DNA of 64,000 bases from an uncultured archaeon (GTDB taxonomy: Archaea; Thermoplasmatota; Penumbrarchaeia; JASLWR01). Below the pieces are notes generated by a model that was given only the letters and a program-made list of their open reading frames with translations, had not been told where the DNA came from and did not search any database. This document shows positions 50,348 to 59,998 of the stretch, piece after piece (position 1 is the stretch's first letter; each line of letters opens with the position of its first letter). A program made the position numbers and the translations under genes. The stretch covers positions 64,001-128,000 of the forward strand of contig CAYSHM010000006.1 of NCBI GenBank assembly GCA_964430885.1, given 5' to 3'.

Positions 50348-52411
50348 TTATCCATCCTCTGCCAATTTTGATTCCAATATGAATTCGATCTTCATCTCCA
50401 AATGAATTGAAGAGAACATCTCTGGATAGGTTAATGAGCGGGCGTTTATGATCACAAGTACCGTGGTGCTGTTAATCGTATCTGCAGGTGATTGGATTCT
50501 CATAACCATTACAGTTTGATTTCTACTTTCAAGATATGCTGATGAGCTTTCCCTGAACCATATGTCCAAACCGCGGTAAGGTCCCATTGTTCTCATATCT
50601 ATCACAGAGGTATTAAATACATAGGTGTCATTGGTAATACCCTTGTTGGTAACGGTGATTTCAACACTGTCAATACTTGGTTCATTTCCTACTACTCTCA
50701 TAAGTCTTTCGTCGGTTTCAGTGCTCATTTCTATATAGGAAACCTGGGCTCCTACAAGCACATGGTCCACAATTCTGTTTTTACCGCTCTCAATAGCGCT
50801 GAAGTTGATCTTTAACTGCGAACCTAATGGTGTATCGCCCGCACATTTAAACGTGATATTTACTCTGCCTACAGTATCTCCCGGCATTGAAACTTGGATT
50901 CTCTCAAGTTCGTTCCCAACCAATCCATTCATTGGTATCAGATAGGATTTCCCCTTCTGATCCTCACGGATCTTATAGTCCACAGTAATGTTCCATTTAT
51001 CAAGCAGATCCGGTCTCAGTTCTCTGAAATCATGATAGGATAATGAGAAGGTCAGAGAATAATCACCCTCGCCTTCGCCGGTATTGTTCAGATATAGCTG
51101 AATTGAGACACTGCCATTGGGAGACAGGGACCTGATCGGGTCGTTGTAGTGGATATGGATGTCAGGCAGTGTTTGTTTCTCATCCATTATCTCCAGAGGT
51201 GCAGGTATGAAGCATAGGACTAGAATTGCCACGGAAACAACTCCAATAATCTTTTCTTTTGACCTCAGGGGTGTGATGTCGTTTAAAGGCGGAGGATGTT
51301 TGATACCTAGAAGTATAATAAGCAGTGAAAAGAGGAGCCATCCAGAGAAGAAGAAGTAGCCCATTACCAGAAGGGCCCCCACAGTGATAAAGGACAAGTA
51401 TTTCGCTTTCTCACCCAGAAGTCCTCTCCATATATGTCCCCCATCCAGCTGTCCTGCGGGAAGCAGGTTGAATGCGGTAATAAGGAGCCCCACCCAACCG
51501 GCAAAAGCAGTGGGATGGAGCAGATCAAAACTTCCCGTATTAATAAAATTTGAAATGAACATGAACAGAAGAGGCTCTCCTAGGACCATAGTACTTTCTG
51601 CAGAAGCGTCCATTACACCGGGGAATTCCTGGGTAAGAAAGAATCCTATGATGGTAACGGGTATTGCAACAATAAAACCGGCGATCGGTCCAGCTGCACC
51701 TATTTGGATCAGGGTTTTCTTCGAGGGAATGGGTTCTTTGATCTTAATGAACGCTCCGAATGTTCCCAAGAAACCTATGAATGGAGGGATGGGGATGAAG
51801 TATGGGAAAGTAGCACTGACCTTATTTCGTACGCTAGCAAGATAATGTGCAGATTCATGGGTTCCCAGAATCAAGAGGAGAGGAAGGGCGAATGATAGGC
51901 TTCCGTAAAGGAGGAGCTTCGGAACAGTAAGCACCTCAAAAATGGATAAGAAGGCACCCCAATCACCGCCGAAATTGGATTCCCAACCTGTGTAGGAAGC
52001 CCAAAGCATGGAACCTGCCCAAATAGTTGTAATCAAGGTTAGTATGAAGAGAATGACGTTCCATTTGGTTATTCTCTTTTCTTCCGGGGGCGCTCTAAAT
52101 ATATATATCTCCGCCCGTCCCATCTTTATTTGGATCTTTGCAAGAAATCCCATATCCTTTAATTGGGTTCGGAAGTTCTCGTATTCCCTGTTCAAAATCT
52201 GCTTGAATTCCTCTCCTGCTGAATTGGGATATTTGGATATATTATAGATTATATAGCCCTTGGTCCTATGAGAACCATCTATCTTGAAATATCGGTTCAG
52301 AAGTGAAGTGATGGATTCATATTCCAAATCGGTGAAGAAATCATTGGGGATTCCTTTGTTTTCAAGATCCCTTCTACCGGTCACCCTGTCAAAGAATCCC
52401 TTTCTTACCAC
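50348..52411 (-). CDS. Site-2 protease (M50) with C-terminal Ig-like extension
   Basis: HESAH zinc motif, GTFGAFI, AGPIAG and NLLPAGQLDGGH. About 280 extra C-terminal residues rich in beta strands. Confidence 0.88.
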   Translation of the reverse strand: MVRKGFFDRVTGRRDLENKGIPNDFFTDLEYESITSLLNRYFKIDGSHRTKGYIIYNISKYPNSAGEEFKQILNREYENFRTQLKDMGFLAKIQIKMGRAEIYIFRAPPEEKRITKWNVILFILTLITTIWAGSMLWASYTGWESNFGGDWGAFLSIFEVLTVPKLLLYGSLSFALPLLLILGTHESAHYLASVRNKVSATFPYFIPIPPFIGFLGTFGAFIKIKEPIPSKKTLIQIGAAGPIAGFIVAIPVTIIGFFLTQEFPGVMDASAESTMVLGEPLLFMFISNFINTGSFDLLHPTAFAGWVGLLITAFNLLPAGQLDGGHIWRGLLGEKAKYLSFITVGALLVMGYFFFSGWLLFSLLIILLGIKHPPPLNDITPLRSKEKIIGVVSVAILVLCFIPAPLEIMDEKQTLPDIHIHYNDPIRSLSPNGSVSIQLYLNNTGEGEGDYSLTFSLSYHDFRELRPDLLDKWNITVDYKIREDQKGKSYLIPMNGLVGNELERIQVSMPGDTVGRVNITFKCAGDTPLGSQLKINFSAIESGKNRIVDHVLVGAQVSYIEMSTETDERLMRVVGNEPSIDSVEITVTNKGITNDTYVFNTSVIDMRTMGPYRGLDIWFRESSSAYLESRNQTVMVMRIQSPADTINSTTVLVIINARSLTYPEMFSSIHLEMKIEFILESKLAEDG

Positions 52412-52545
52412 TTATAATCCCTTCAACGCTGTTGAACTAGGTAATCTGGCCCAGATAAAATATAGAAATGAATAGGTATGGAATAACATTTACCAGTTCT
52501 ACCTATCGGCATATAAATATATTTATTATTGTTTTTACTGGAACC

Positions 52546-52872
52546 CTACATCTCCCAGGCTTGTCTACTGATCCCATCCTCGGACCATTTTTTCTTTGTT
52601 CTTTTGATCCGTTTCTTGGGTTTATCGTCCTTCAATCTGATCCTTCCCGGGAAATATTTTAATATCACTACCTCACCGATTGAGTTCACCCATCTGAAGG
52701 GAACCGATACATCCAATCCTGCATCTATGAGCATGGGATTAGTATTTGTCAAAAGAAGTTGATCGATGTTCTCGTTCACCATATCGATTATCAGGTTGCT
52801 CACAACTCCAAGGTACTTTCCTTTGGGGGTGTACACATCCAATGAGATTATTTCAGTGTATTCAACTAGCAT
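52546..52872 (-). CDS. PRC-barrel domain protein (CdpB-like)
   Basis: VYTPKGKYLGVVSNLIID...VPFRWVNSIGEVVIL. Confidence 0.8.
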   Translation of the reverse strand: MLVEYTEIISLDVYTPKGKYLGVVSNLIIDMVNENIDQLLLTNTNPMLIDAGLDVSVPFRWVNSIGEVVILKYFPGRIRLKDDKPKKRIKRTKKKWSEDGISRQAWEM

Positions 52873-53152
52873 TTATAATACTCCCTCTATAATGTTTAAT
52901 AGATGATGGTCCTGCATGGGAAATCAGACTGATTTCCCTTTATTACATGAACAGTTCCAAGCATATCAGTCAATTGATAAGCACATAATAGCGCTCACCT
53001 TAATAAAAGTTATCGGAGTATTGCTTTTCAATTATAGCCCAAAATGGTCAATATGATGATATTGAAGGTTAGGTCGATCCATAAGCGTTTATATCCCTAA
53101 TTTTAGTGGATTATTAGAGAGCAGGTGGGGAAATTGAAAAGGATGAATGGGG

Positions 53153-54601
53153 TCATTTACTGTTGATTACAATAGTCCTTCCCATAATGTCGCCTATCCT
53201 TTGAGAAAGGGAATTCCTTCTGATGAACAGGATGTTCACCAGGAATAGTCCGCAACATAGTTCGATAAATCGTCCCACGGTTCTGGCGAATATTTTGTCC
53301 AGGGAAGGTGGATCACCATTAACATCCACGATCCTAATGCTAGTTATGATCTTACCGGGGGTCCTTTTGGTTGCATATTCCAAAATAACGAAATAGAAGA
53401 AAAGAACAATCCCCCATGAGGAAACCAATATGTATAAATCTATGACAAAGCCCAGATTGGGGTCGAAGTTCAGCCATAAACTGAAAAGTATTATGGTCAG
53501 TATCAGAATTATTACCTGATCAATCATGAACGCACCAATCCTCCTTCTCAAGCTTGCCAATCTGTTTGCTTTCGTATCTTCCAATAGATTGAGTAAAAAA
53601 CCGCATGTTATCAAACATCTTCTGGATATCTCACTATCTACCTGAGAATTCCTTGAATATTCCCTAAGTAGCCGGTAGTCCCTTTTAGCTTCGGAGTGTA
53701 TAAGACTTTCATAATTACCTATATTTTTCACTTTGCCCTTATGGTCTGTTCTAAGGATTGCGTTTATCTGGCCAATTTTTTCCCGAACACTTTTTTCTGC
53801 ATATCTTACCGCTGATAGGTCTTCACCTTTTTCAAATAGCTCGTGGGCCCTTGCGTGATACAGATCGATTCGATCGGGTTCTGCAAATTCAGGGCTTTTG
53901 TCATTTTGTATTTGAACAGTAGTCCCAGGCTCAAATGGTTCATTTGATTCCTTGGGGAACATTTTTATTAGCAGCTGATAATAAGGAAATGTTAGTATCA
54001 GAGTGAGCAAAGGAATTATTACCAGAAGGTCCAGGGTATGCGCGCCTCCAATTATACCGACACCCCCTACATCATAACCTAGATAGTCCACCCTAACAAG
54101 GTCCGCACCTATCAACACTCCTAAAGCGCTGATGCAGAAAGCCGATGGTATCATTTTTTCCCATGTACTGAAAGTGGAATACAGCGCGGCAAATACAGTA
54201 CTGGCTACAACAGGCAGCAGGTAATCAGGAAACCTTGAAATGATGCCTAATCCCGGTTCAATACTGCTCGATATGAAGGTAAGTCCCGCAACCACAGAGG
54301 TACCCAATATTATCCATATAGGATTCAGCTTATTGGTATACCAAAAATAGAAGGAAAGGAACATTGGGAACAGCCCTCCTGATAGTTCTATGCCTATCCA
54401 GGATTTCTGTGTAATAAGAATTGGGAATGAGCCTATACAAAAAAGTATGCCCAAGGCGAATCCCAGAACGACCTCCCTTCTCAGATGGATGTTGCGGGCC
54501 AATCTTGGAAATTCGCAGTTGATTATATAGAGCAAATTCAAACCAATGAAAGGTGCTAGGATCAATGTCAGACTTCCGATTATATTGATGATCAGACTCA
54601 T
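53153..54601 (-). CDS. Membrane protein: DUF1614-like N-terminal domain fused to RDD domain
   Basis: GVLIGADL and IGGAHTLD motifs, plus C-terminal ASLRRRIGAFMID...TPGK...QRIGD...TIVI (RDD). Confidence 0.7.
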   Translation of the reverse strand: MSLIINIIGSLTLILAPFIGLNLLYIINCEFPRLARNIHLRREVVLGFALGILFCIGSFPILITQKSWIGIELSGGLFPMFLSFYFWYTNKLNPIWIILGTSVVAGLTFISSSIEPGLGIISRFPDYLLPVVASTVFAALYSTFSTWEKMIPSAFCISALGVLIGADLVRVDYLGYDVGGVGIIGGAHTLDLLVIIPLLTLILTFPYYQLLIKMFPKESNEPFEPGTTVQIQNDKSPEFAEPDRIDLYHARAHELFEKGEDLSAVRYAEKSVREKIGQINAILRTDHKGKVKNIGNYESLIHSEAKRDYRLLREYSRNSQVDSEISRRCLITCGFLLNLLEDTKANRLASLRRRIGAFMIDQVIILILTIILFSLWLNFDPNLGFVIDLYILVSSWGIVLFFYFVILEYATKRTPGKIITSIRIVDVNGDPPSLDKIFARTVGRFIELCCGLFLVNILFIRRNSLSQRIGDIMGRTIVINSK

Positions 54602-54967
54602 GCTGTATCAGCTCAAAAACGGGTAATAATAATAATATTGGTTTAATATTACTTGAAATCGATTGTTTGTATTATTTTGTAGGGATTGGCCCCTGCGATG
54701 CTCCATTTCAATATTCTCAAGGATGATTTCTGATAAAAAATGGAACCTAGCTCGACACTTTCAAATATATTTCATCTCAACATGACTTTTACAGAAATTT
54801 TAATTAACCCTATACTATCTTATTCTCAATAATCAAAAAGAACGGCCCTGAAAATGGCTTTGAGGTCAATCCTCTTCAGTTCGTGAATGTTCCATCCGGG
54901 GTAGTTGATGAATAATGTTGTCGGACAATACTATTCTTGAAAGGTTTCCTTCTAAAACCAGAAGTGT

Positions 54968-57337
54968 GTGAACATGGACAATAGGAATTTGCCCATTAAA
55001 TTGGAAGACCAACTTGTTCTTCACCTCTTGAATTTCGGAGGTTTTGAAGAGGAGTACAAGGTTCCTTTCCCCATATCCCAGTTAGGTATCGCACGCATTC
55101 TGAATGCAACCAGGTCTCATATCTCCTACTATATTAAGAAAATGAAGAGAAAAGGGATCATTGTTGAGAGATTAGGCCGGATCATTGATCTCCCCAGAAA
55201 AAGAAAGGTATATTTTCTCACCGATGAAGGACGAGAATATGGCCGGGAACTTGCAGAAAAGATCATGAGAGAAGGTCTGGAAATAGATTTTCGTGGTACA
55301 GTTATAACCATCACTCTGGATAGAGGAATATTTGAGAAAAAAATGACATCGGCGCTTGCTTTGATTCTGGAAAAGGTTGTAAGGGAATTCCCTCAAATTC
55401 CGACTGCAGTTCAGGATGAAGAGGAAGATTATCTGATCAATCTACCAGGTCAATTGGTCCATCCTGCTTATGGTGAATTGATCACTCCAGAGATGCTGGA
55501 ACTGGTAGAAGAGGCCATTGATAAAGGCCGGAATATTGTCTTGGATTCACCTGCAGAACCTGAACTATCCTTTACATGTCTGGAAGCGTTGGCTCTTAAG
55601 ATTCAGGAATTCTGCAATGTGTTCATTTGGGATTTCAACCGACTCACAACGAGAAACGAGATACACACTCAGCTTCTGAACTTCATAGGAAGGATGGGTG
55701 ATCATTCCCTTCAGTCATGGGGATATGACGAAATAGAGACTGAGGAATTTACAGAGAAGTACAGGGACATAATCACCGGCCTCCCCCTAGTTATTTTGGT
55801 AAGGATCAACTTTTCTTCTGGAAATCTTCTTACCATGGAATCGAAGGAGCACCTTTTGGAAATTGCCTCCAAGGGTAAAATACCTATTATCATGGGGAAC
55901 AGTTGCGGTCTAGCGGAAGATGATCCGATATTATCCCGGATCTATGGTGATGAAGCATCCCTATTGAAGTTGGCATTGTCACCGCCCGGGAAGGATGATT
56001 TGCTACTCATCGCGAAAAAAATAAGAGGTGCTCGGGAGGATGAATTGAACCAATTGGAGCAGGGCTTCAAAGAAATGTGCACCCTATGTTCCCAAGCTCC
56101 CTTGATATTGGCGAATATTCTGGTCAGTCCCGGGGAATTTAAAAGGGATCACCTTATTCAGACCTTGGGTTTTTCATCTGAATTACTAGATGCTTTGGAA
56201 TTGGATGAACTTTCCATTCTCCATGCAATGTGTGGACTTTCCCACCCTATTGGAAAGGAGCAGCTAAATGAGAAGACCCTTGCAAAATTGGATGAACTCA
56301 ATTCAAAGCTGTTGGTCTATAAGACCGAGGTAGGGTATTGGCTTGGTCCAAAAATAAGGCGTTTGGTTTGCGGAAATTCCACAGATAAAGAAATTGCAAC
56401 GAACTTGCTGGAATTTTACAGGGGGACCCATTATCTGAATGAACATCAGGTTCTGGATACCATAACCCTGTTATTTGAAGCCGCAAATTATCTGAAAAGC
56501 CTCGTTTGGGCAGTTGATTGGAGCAGACTTTATCTCGAAAATCCTTCATTCATTGTAGATATGGATAAACTGCATTTACTGTACGAAGAAATTGATGAAA
56601 TCAATCTATCCAGAGAAGTAAATGGTTTACTCATATTACTGCGTGTTTGTCTTCAGATATTCAAGGGCAATCTGGATGAGGCTGAAACCCTGGCAAATGA
56701 AGTTCTGCTCACTGGGGAACAGATGAAAAATGTCACAATTCTGACCAGGGCCAACTATCTTCTGGGAAAGATATATCTCAAGAGGGGGGATCTCCAGGGT
56801 TCTTTAGAAAGGTTTGTGGTTTCCTATAACCTTTCAATAACTAAGGATGAACAGCTGAGTTCCTCTCTTGCTGCACTCTCGATATCTGCGATCTACGGAG
56901 GGATGGGGGAGTTGAACCGGGCCTTGGCCTATATAGATATGGCTGCAGGAGCTGATAAAGGCATGTTTTTCTCACCTCTGGTTACAACCGTTTATGCAGC
57001 CCAGGCCAGGTTATATAAGGAAAAGGATATTTTGACAAGGGTGGTCTCGGGTTTGACCAAGGCTGGGGACATGGCCATGAGGACTGGTCGGCCAGACGAG
57101 GGTTTCAAGTATATGATGGCCAAGGCCGAGGCGCTTTCCGAAGCGGGTCATGACAAAGAGGCGGCCTATATTCTGGAAAGTGTGGCAAGAAGGGCGGAGG
57201 AGAAGGGTGATGGTCATATAATGCTTCTTGCCTTCAACAGCCTATGGGAAAGATGTTATGCCGATGGAACCCTGTTTCATCAGATATACAAGCAGAAATC
57301 CCAGCATCTTTCAGCCATGCTCAAAAGAAATCATTAG
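54968..57337 (+). CDS. Winged-helix regulator with degenerate NTPase-like middle region and TPR-like C-terminus
   Basis: SQLGIARILNATRSHISYYIKKM...RKVYFLTDEG wHTH followed by helical TPR-like repeats. No intact Walker A motif is visible. Confidence 0.65.
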   Translation: MNMDNRNLPIKLEDQLVLHLLNFGGFEEEYKVPFPISQLGIARILNATRSHISYYIKKMKRKGIIVERLGRIIDLPRKRKVYFLTDEGREYGRELAEKIMREGLEIDFRGTVITITLDRGIFEKKMTSALALILEKVVREFPQIPTAVQDEEEDYLINLPGQLVHPAYGELITPEMLELVEEAIDKGRNIVLDSPAEPELSFTCLEALALKIQEFCNVFIWDFNRLTTRNEIHTQLLNFIGRMGDHSLQSWGYDEIETEEFTEKYRDIITGLPLVILVRINFSSGNLLTMESKEHLLEIASKGKIPIIMGNSCGLAEDDPILSRIYGDEASLLKLALSPPGKDDLLLIAKKIRGAREDELNQLEQGFKEMCTLCSQAPLILANILVSPGEFKRDHLIQTLGFSSELLDALELDELSILHAMCGLSHPIGKEQLNEKTLAKLDELNSKLLVYKTEVGYWLGPKIRRLVCGNSTDKEIATNLLEFYRGTHYLNEHQVLDTITLLFEAANYLKSLVWAVDWSRLYLENPSFIVDMDKLHLLYEEIDEINLSREVNGLLILLRVCLQIFKGNLDEAETLANEVLLTGEQMKNVTILTRANYLLGKIYLKRGDLQGSLERFVVSYNLSITKDEQLSSSLAALSISAIYGGMGELNRALAYIDMAAGADKGMFFSPLVTTVYAAQARLYKEKDILTRVVSGLTKAGDMAMRTGRPDEGFKYMMAKAEALSEAGHDKEAAYILESVARRAEEKGDGHIMLLAFNSLWERCYADGTLFHQIYKQKSQHLSAMLKRNH

Positions 57338-57433
57338 GCTATACCCATACCTTATCTTCGGGATCAGAAAGCAGTTGTTTGTTTTATAATATCTATATTC
57401 TGAAAACTGAACTAGCGCTAGTATAGTAATTCA

Positions 57434-57727
57434 TCATTGCCAATGATTGATATAAAGGAAGATCAGGCCTGCGATATATCCGAGGTTGATCAGGAATATA
57501 AGGATTGTTATAAGATAAAAGCTCTTCTTATTGGTCTTATGGCGAAACAACAACATTGCTGATACCGCACCATATACGCCAGCGAGAAGTGCGAGAATAT
57601 GAAGTGTTTTTTCGGGAATTCTATATGCTTTCTTCTTTGCTTTCCGCTTATCGATCCAGTATATAAAAAAAGTGATAAAATTGAACAATAGGACGCCTGC
57701 AAGGATCCACAATATAAAATTTTCCAT
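57434..57727 (-). CDS. DUF1294 family small membrane protein
   Basis: YWIDKRKAKKKAYRIPEKTL...G..GA..AMLLFRHKT.K. Confidence 0.85.
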   Translation of the reverse strand: MENFILWILAGVLLFNFITFFIYWIDKRKAKKKAYRIPEKTLHILALLAGVYGAVSAMLLFRHKTNKKSFYLITILIFLINLGYIAGLIFLYINHWQ

Positions 57728-57777
57728 GTGGCTTTCACCGTGAAAGGTATATACCAATTCTATTATGTAAAAATGGA

Positions 57778-58968
57778 TTATTCATGATAGGACAGACTGA
57801 TTGCCCAGTCGCCCTTTGACAATTTCGTTGAATTCTTGAAGTTCAATATGGGTTTGCCCTTCTTGTATATTGTGATCACCTTGTCACCGGGTCCGATGGG
57901 GATTTCCTTAACAAGCATAGGTTTATCGACAACATGCTGGTTTATATCTAATCCTTCAGTTTCCTGACATACGTCAACTATGAAATCCACCACATGTTTC
58001 TCGTCAACGGAGTTGGCCAGAAGTAATCCGTTGACCTTTGAGCTCGGGACCATAGACTTCACACCCGCATGTTCAATAACGTCCATATTCTCTTCATCCT
58101 TGACAGCAAGGATTACCTTGATATTTTTGTTCAATCTCTTGGCCTTGAGGCTCATCATTACATTGTTCTCATCATTGAGTATGGGAAGAATAATGGTCTT
58201 GGCAGTATCTATATCTGCCTTCCCCAAAACTTCAGTATCGAGAGCGCTTCCGGGGATGAGCTGGATTCCCTTATCTTTCATCTCTATGAAATCCTGGTTT
58301 TCATCAATAACAACACATTTAAGACCCCTGGAGGTCAATTCCTCGTAAGTTACCTTGCTGGTGGAGTTCCACCCCACAAGTATTACATGATCCTTTAACT
58401 TTTTCTTTTTCAGTCCGCGCATCTTCATAAAGCTGACCTCCACTAATCGAGAGCCCAGTTCCCCGATAACAAGACCAATAGTACTTATACCGAGCATACC
58501 TACGGCATAGTATAGTATCCTGCCCCAGGTGGTAACAGGGGAAAAATCTCCGAAACCAACCGTTGTAACTGTGGTAAATGTCCAGTAGAAGGATGTATGG
58601 TAATCATACAGTTCACCTAGTTCAACATTTACCTCGGCTATAGCCCGATTGGTTTTATTGTCCTTTAAATTGTTATCATCCAAGTATTGCTGTATTGCGG
58701 TTTTGTTATCATTTTCGATACCCTGGTTCTCAAAATATCTGAAACCAAATGTTCCCAGGCCGAATGTTATGAGTACCAAAAAGAATATGATCTGAAGATT
58801 CCGGTTCTTCAGTACCGCAAAAATCGTCCGAAAGAATTTGGATAGAACAACGAACATCAAAGAGCCTATGAACAAATGAATAAATATCTTTTCCCTTATT
58901 TTATCGGGTTTTGGCGAATAATATGTGATCCAAGTACCAGACCTGATGATGTGGCTCAAGTTGTCCAT
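57778..58968 (-). CDS. MthK-like potassium channel with RCK/TrkA-N domain
   Basis: Selectivity filter TTVGFGD and the Rossmann motif DHVILVGW. The start may be 58857. Confidence 0.9.
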   Translation of the reverse strand: MDNLSHIIRSGTWITYYSPKPDKIREKIFIHLFIGSLMFVVLSKFFRTIFAVLKNRNLQIIFFLVLITFGLGTFGFRYFENQGIENDNKTAIQQYLDDNNLKDNKTNRAIAEVNVELGELYDYHTSFYWTFTTVTTVGFGDFSPVTTWGRILYYAVGMLGISTIGLVIGELGSRLVEVSFMKMRGLKKKKLKDHVILVGWNSTSKVTYEELTSRGLKCVVIDENQDFIEMKDKGIQLIPGSALDTEVLGKADIDTAKTIILPILNDENNVMMSLKAKRLNKNIKVILAVKDEENMDVIEHAGVKSMVPSSKVNGLLLANSVDEKHVVDFIVDVCQETEGLDINQHVVDKPMLVKEIPIGPGDKVITIYKKGKPILNFKNSTKLSKGDWAISLSYHE

Positions 58969-59976
58969 CTATTTATGTTTCCACATACTAGGATAGGTAT
59001 ATTTCTTCATAATGACCTTTTTAGTAACAACTGCTATACCGTTTCCTGCTTCCAGAACCGCATTTGCGGAAAGTGTGCTTTTACCCAATCCAATGATCTC
59101 CCCTTTTCGGCTCATAATGGCGACACGCTCACCGGAATTGAGGTCCTTCTGTACCTGAAGTATTCCCGTAACCGCCAGATCGGCCCCGTGGCAAACGGCA
59201 TCAACAGCGGTATCCTTGGCGATAACCCGGGGTAAACCCCCCACCATTTTCTCCAATGGGTTCAGGATTTCCCTTAATAGTGTTCCATTACCAGATCCTT
59301 CATATATTTCCCAGCCGTCCTTCAGGGAATGAAGAGTATGGATATTCTCCTCGTCGAAGGGACCCACCTTGGTTCTCCTAAGGGCCTTCAACTGTCCGCC
59401 CACTCCCAAAGCATCTCCGATATCCACAGCAAGGGTCCGAATATAGGTGCCCCCTTGACAACCGACCCTTATTAGGATGTCCCGTCCTTTGATCTCCAGA
59501 AGATTCAGGTAATATATTGTTCTTATGCGGAGCCTTCTTTTTACAGCGCTTTTCCTGGGCGGAAACTGGTAGATGTCTCCTGTGAAATCCTCAAAGACCT
59601 TCCTGATCCGTTTCTCGCTGCAATCCCTGTGAAGATGTATTATTCCCACGTACTCTTTTCCGGCATCCTTTAATGCATCCACGATGCGTGTGGCTCTCCC
59701 CACGGCCACAGGAAGAACTCCAGTTACCTGCGGGTCCAATGTGCCGCAATGTCCTGTCTTCTTGACCTTCAGGATGTCCCTTACCCATGATGAAACCTGA
59801 TGACTGGTAGGGCCGGCCGGTTTATCCAGGAGAATTAGTCCTCCTTCAATAATTTCAGGTATTGTCCTTTCATCCGGTTTCTTACCTGAATCGAACATAA
59901 TTATGTCTTTTTCCTTTATGAGGAATTGACGTTTTTTTTTCCTGATTTCCACGGGTAATTGACCTTTTTCGTCCAT
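58969..59976 (-). CDS. cbf5: H/ACA pseudouridine synthase Cbf5 (TruB family, PUA domain)
   Basis: LDKPAGPTSHQV, GHCGTLDPQVTG, GTYIRTL and C-terminal YPSMWK. Confidence 0.95.
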   Translation of the reverse strand: MDEKGQLPVEIRKKKRQFLIKEKDIIMFDSGKKPDERTIPEIIEGGLILLDKPAGPTSHQVSSWVRDILKVKKTGHCGTLDPQVTGVLPVAVGRATRIVDALKDAGKEYVGIIHLHRDCSEKRIRKVFEDFTGDIYQFPPRKSAVKRRLRIRTIYYLNLLEIKGRDILIRVGCQGGTYIRTLAVDIGDALGVGGQLKALRRTKVGPFDEENIHTLHSLKDGWEIYEGSGNGTLLREILNPLEKMVGGLPRVIAKDTAVDAVCHGADLAVTGILQVQKDLNSGERVAIMSRKGEIIGLGKSTLSANAVLEAGNGIAVVTKKVIMKKYTYPSMWKHK

Positions 59977-59998
59977 AGCTTATTCACCGTTGCAGTCA

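Noticed and set aside
54968-57337. STAND-type antiviral (Avs-like) NTPase
   Set aside because: No intact Walker A/B motifs or effector nuclease domain are visible. A wHTH-TPR regulator is the simpler reading.
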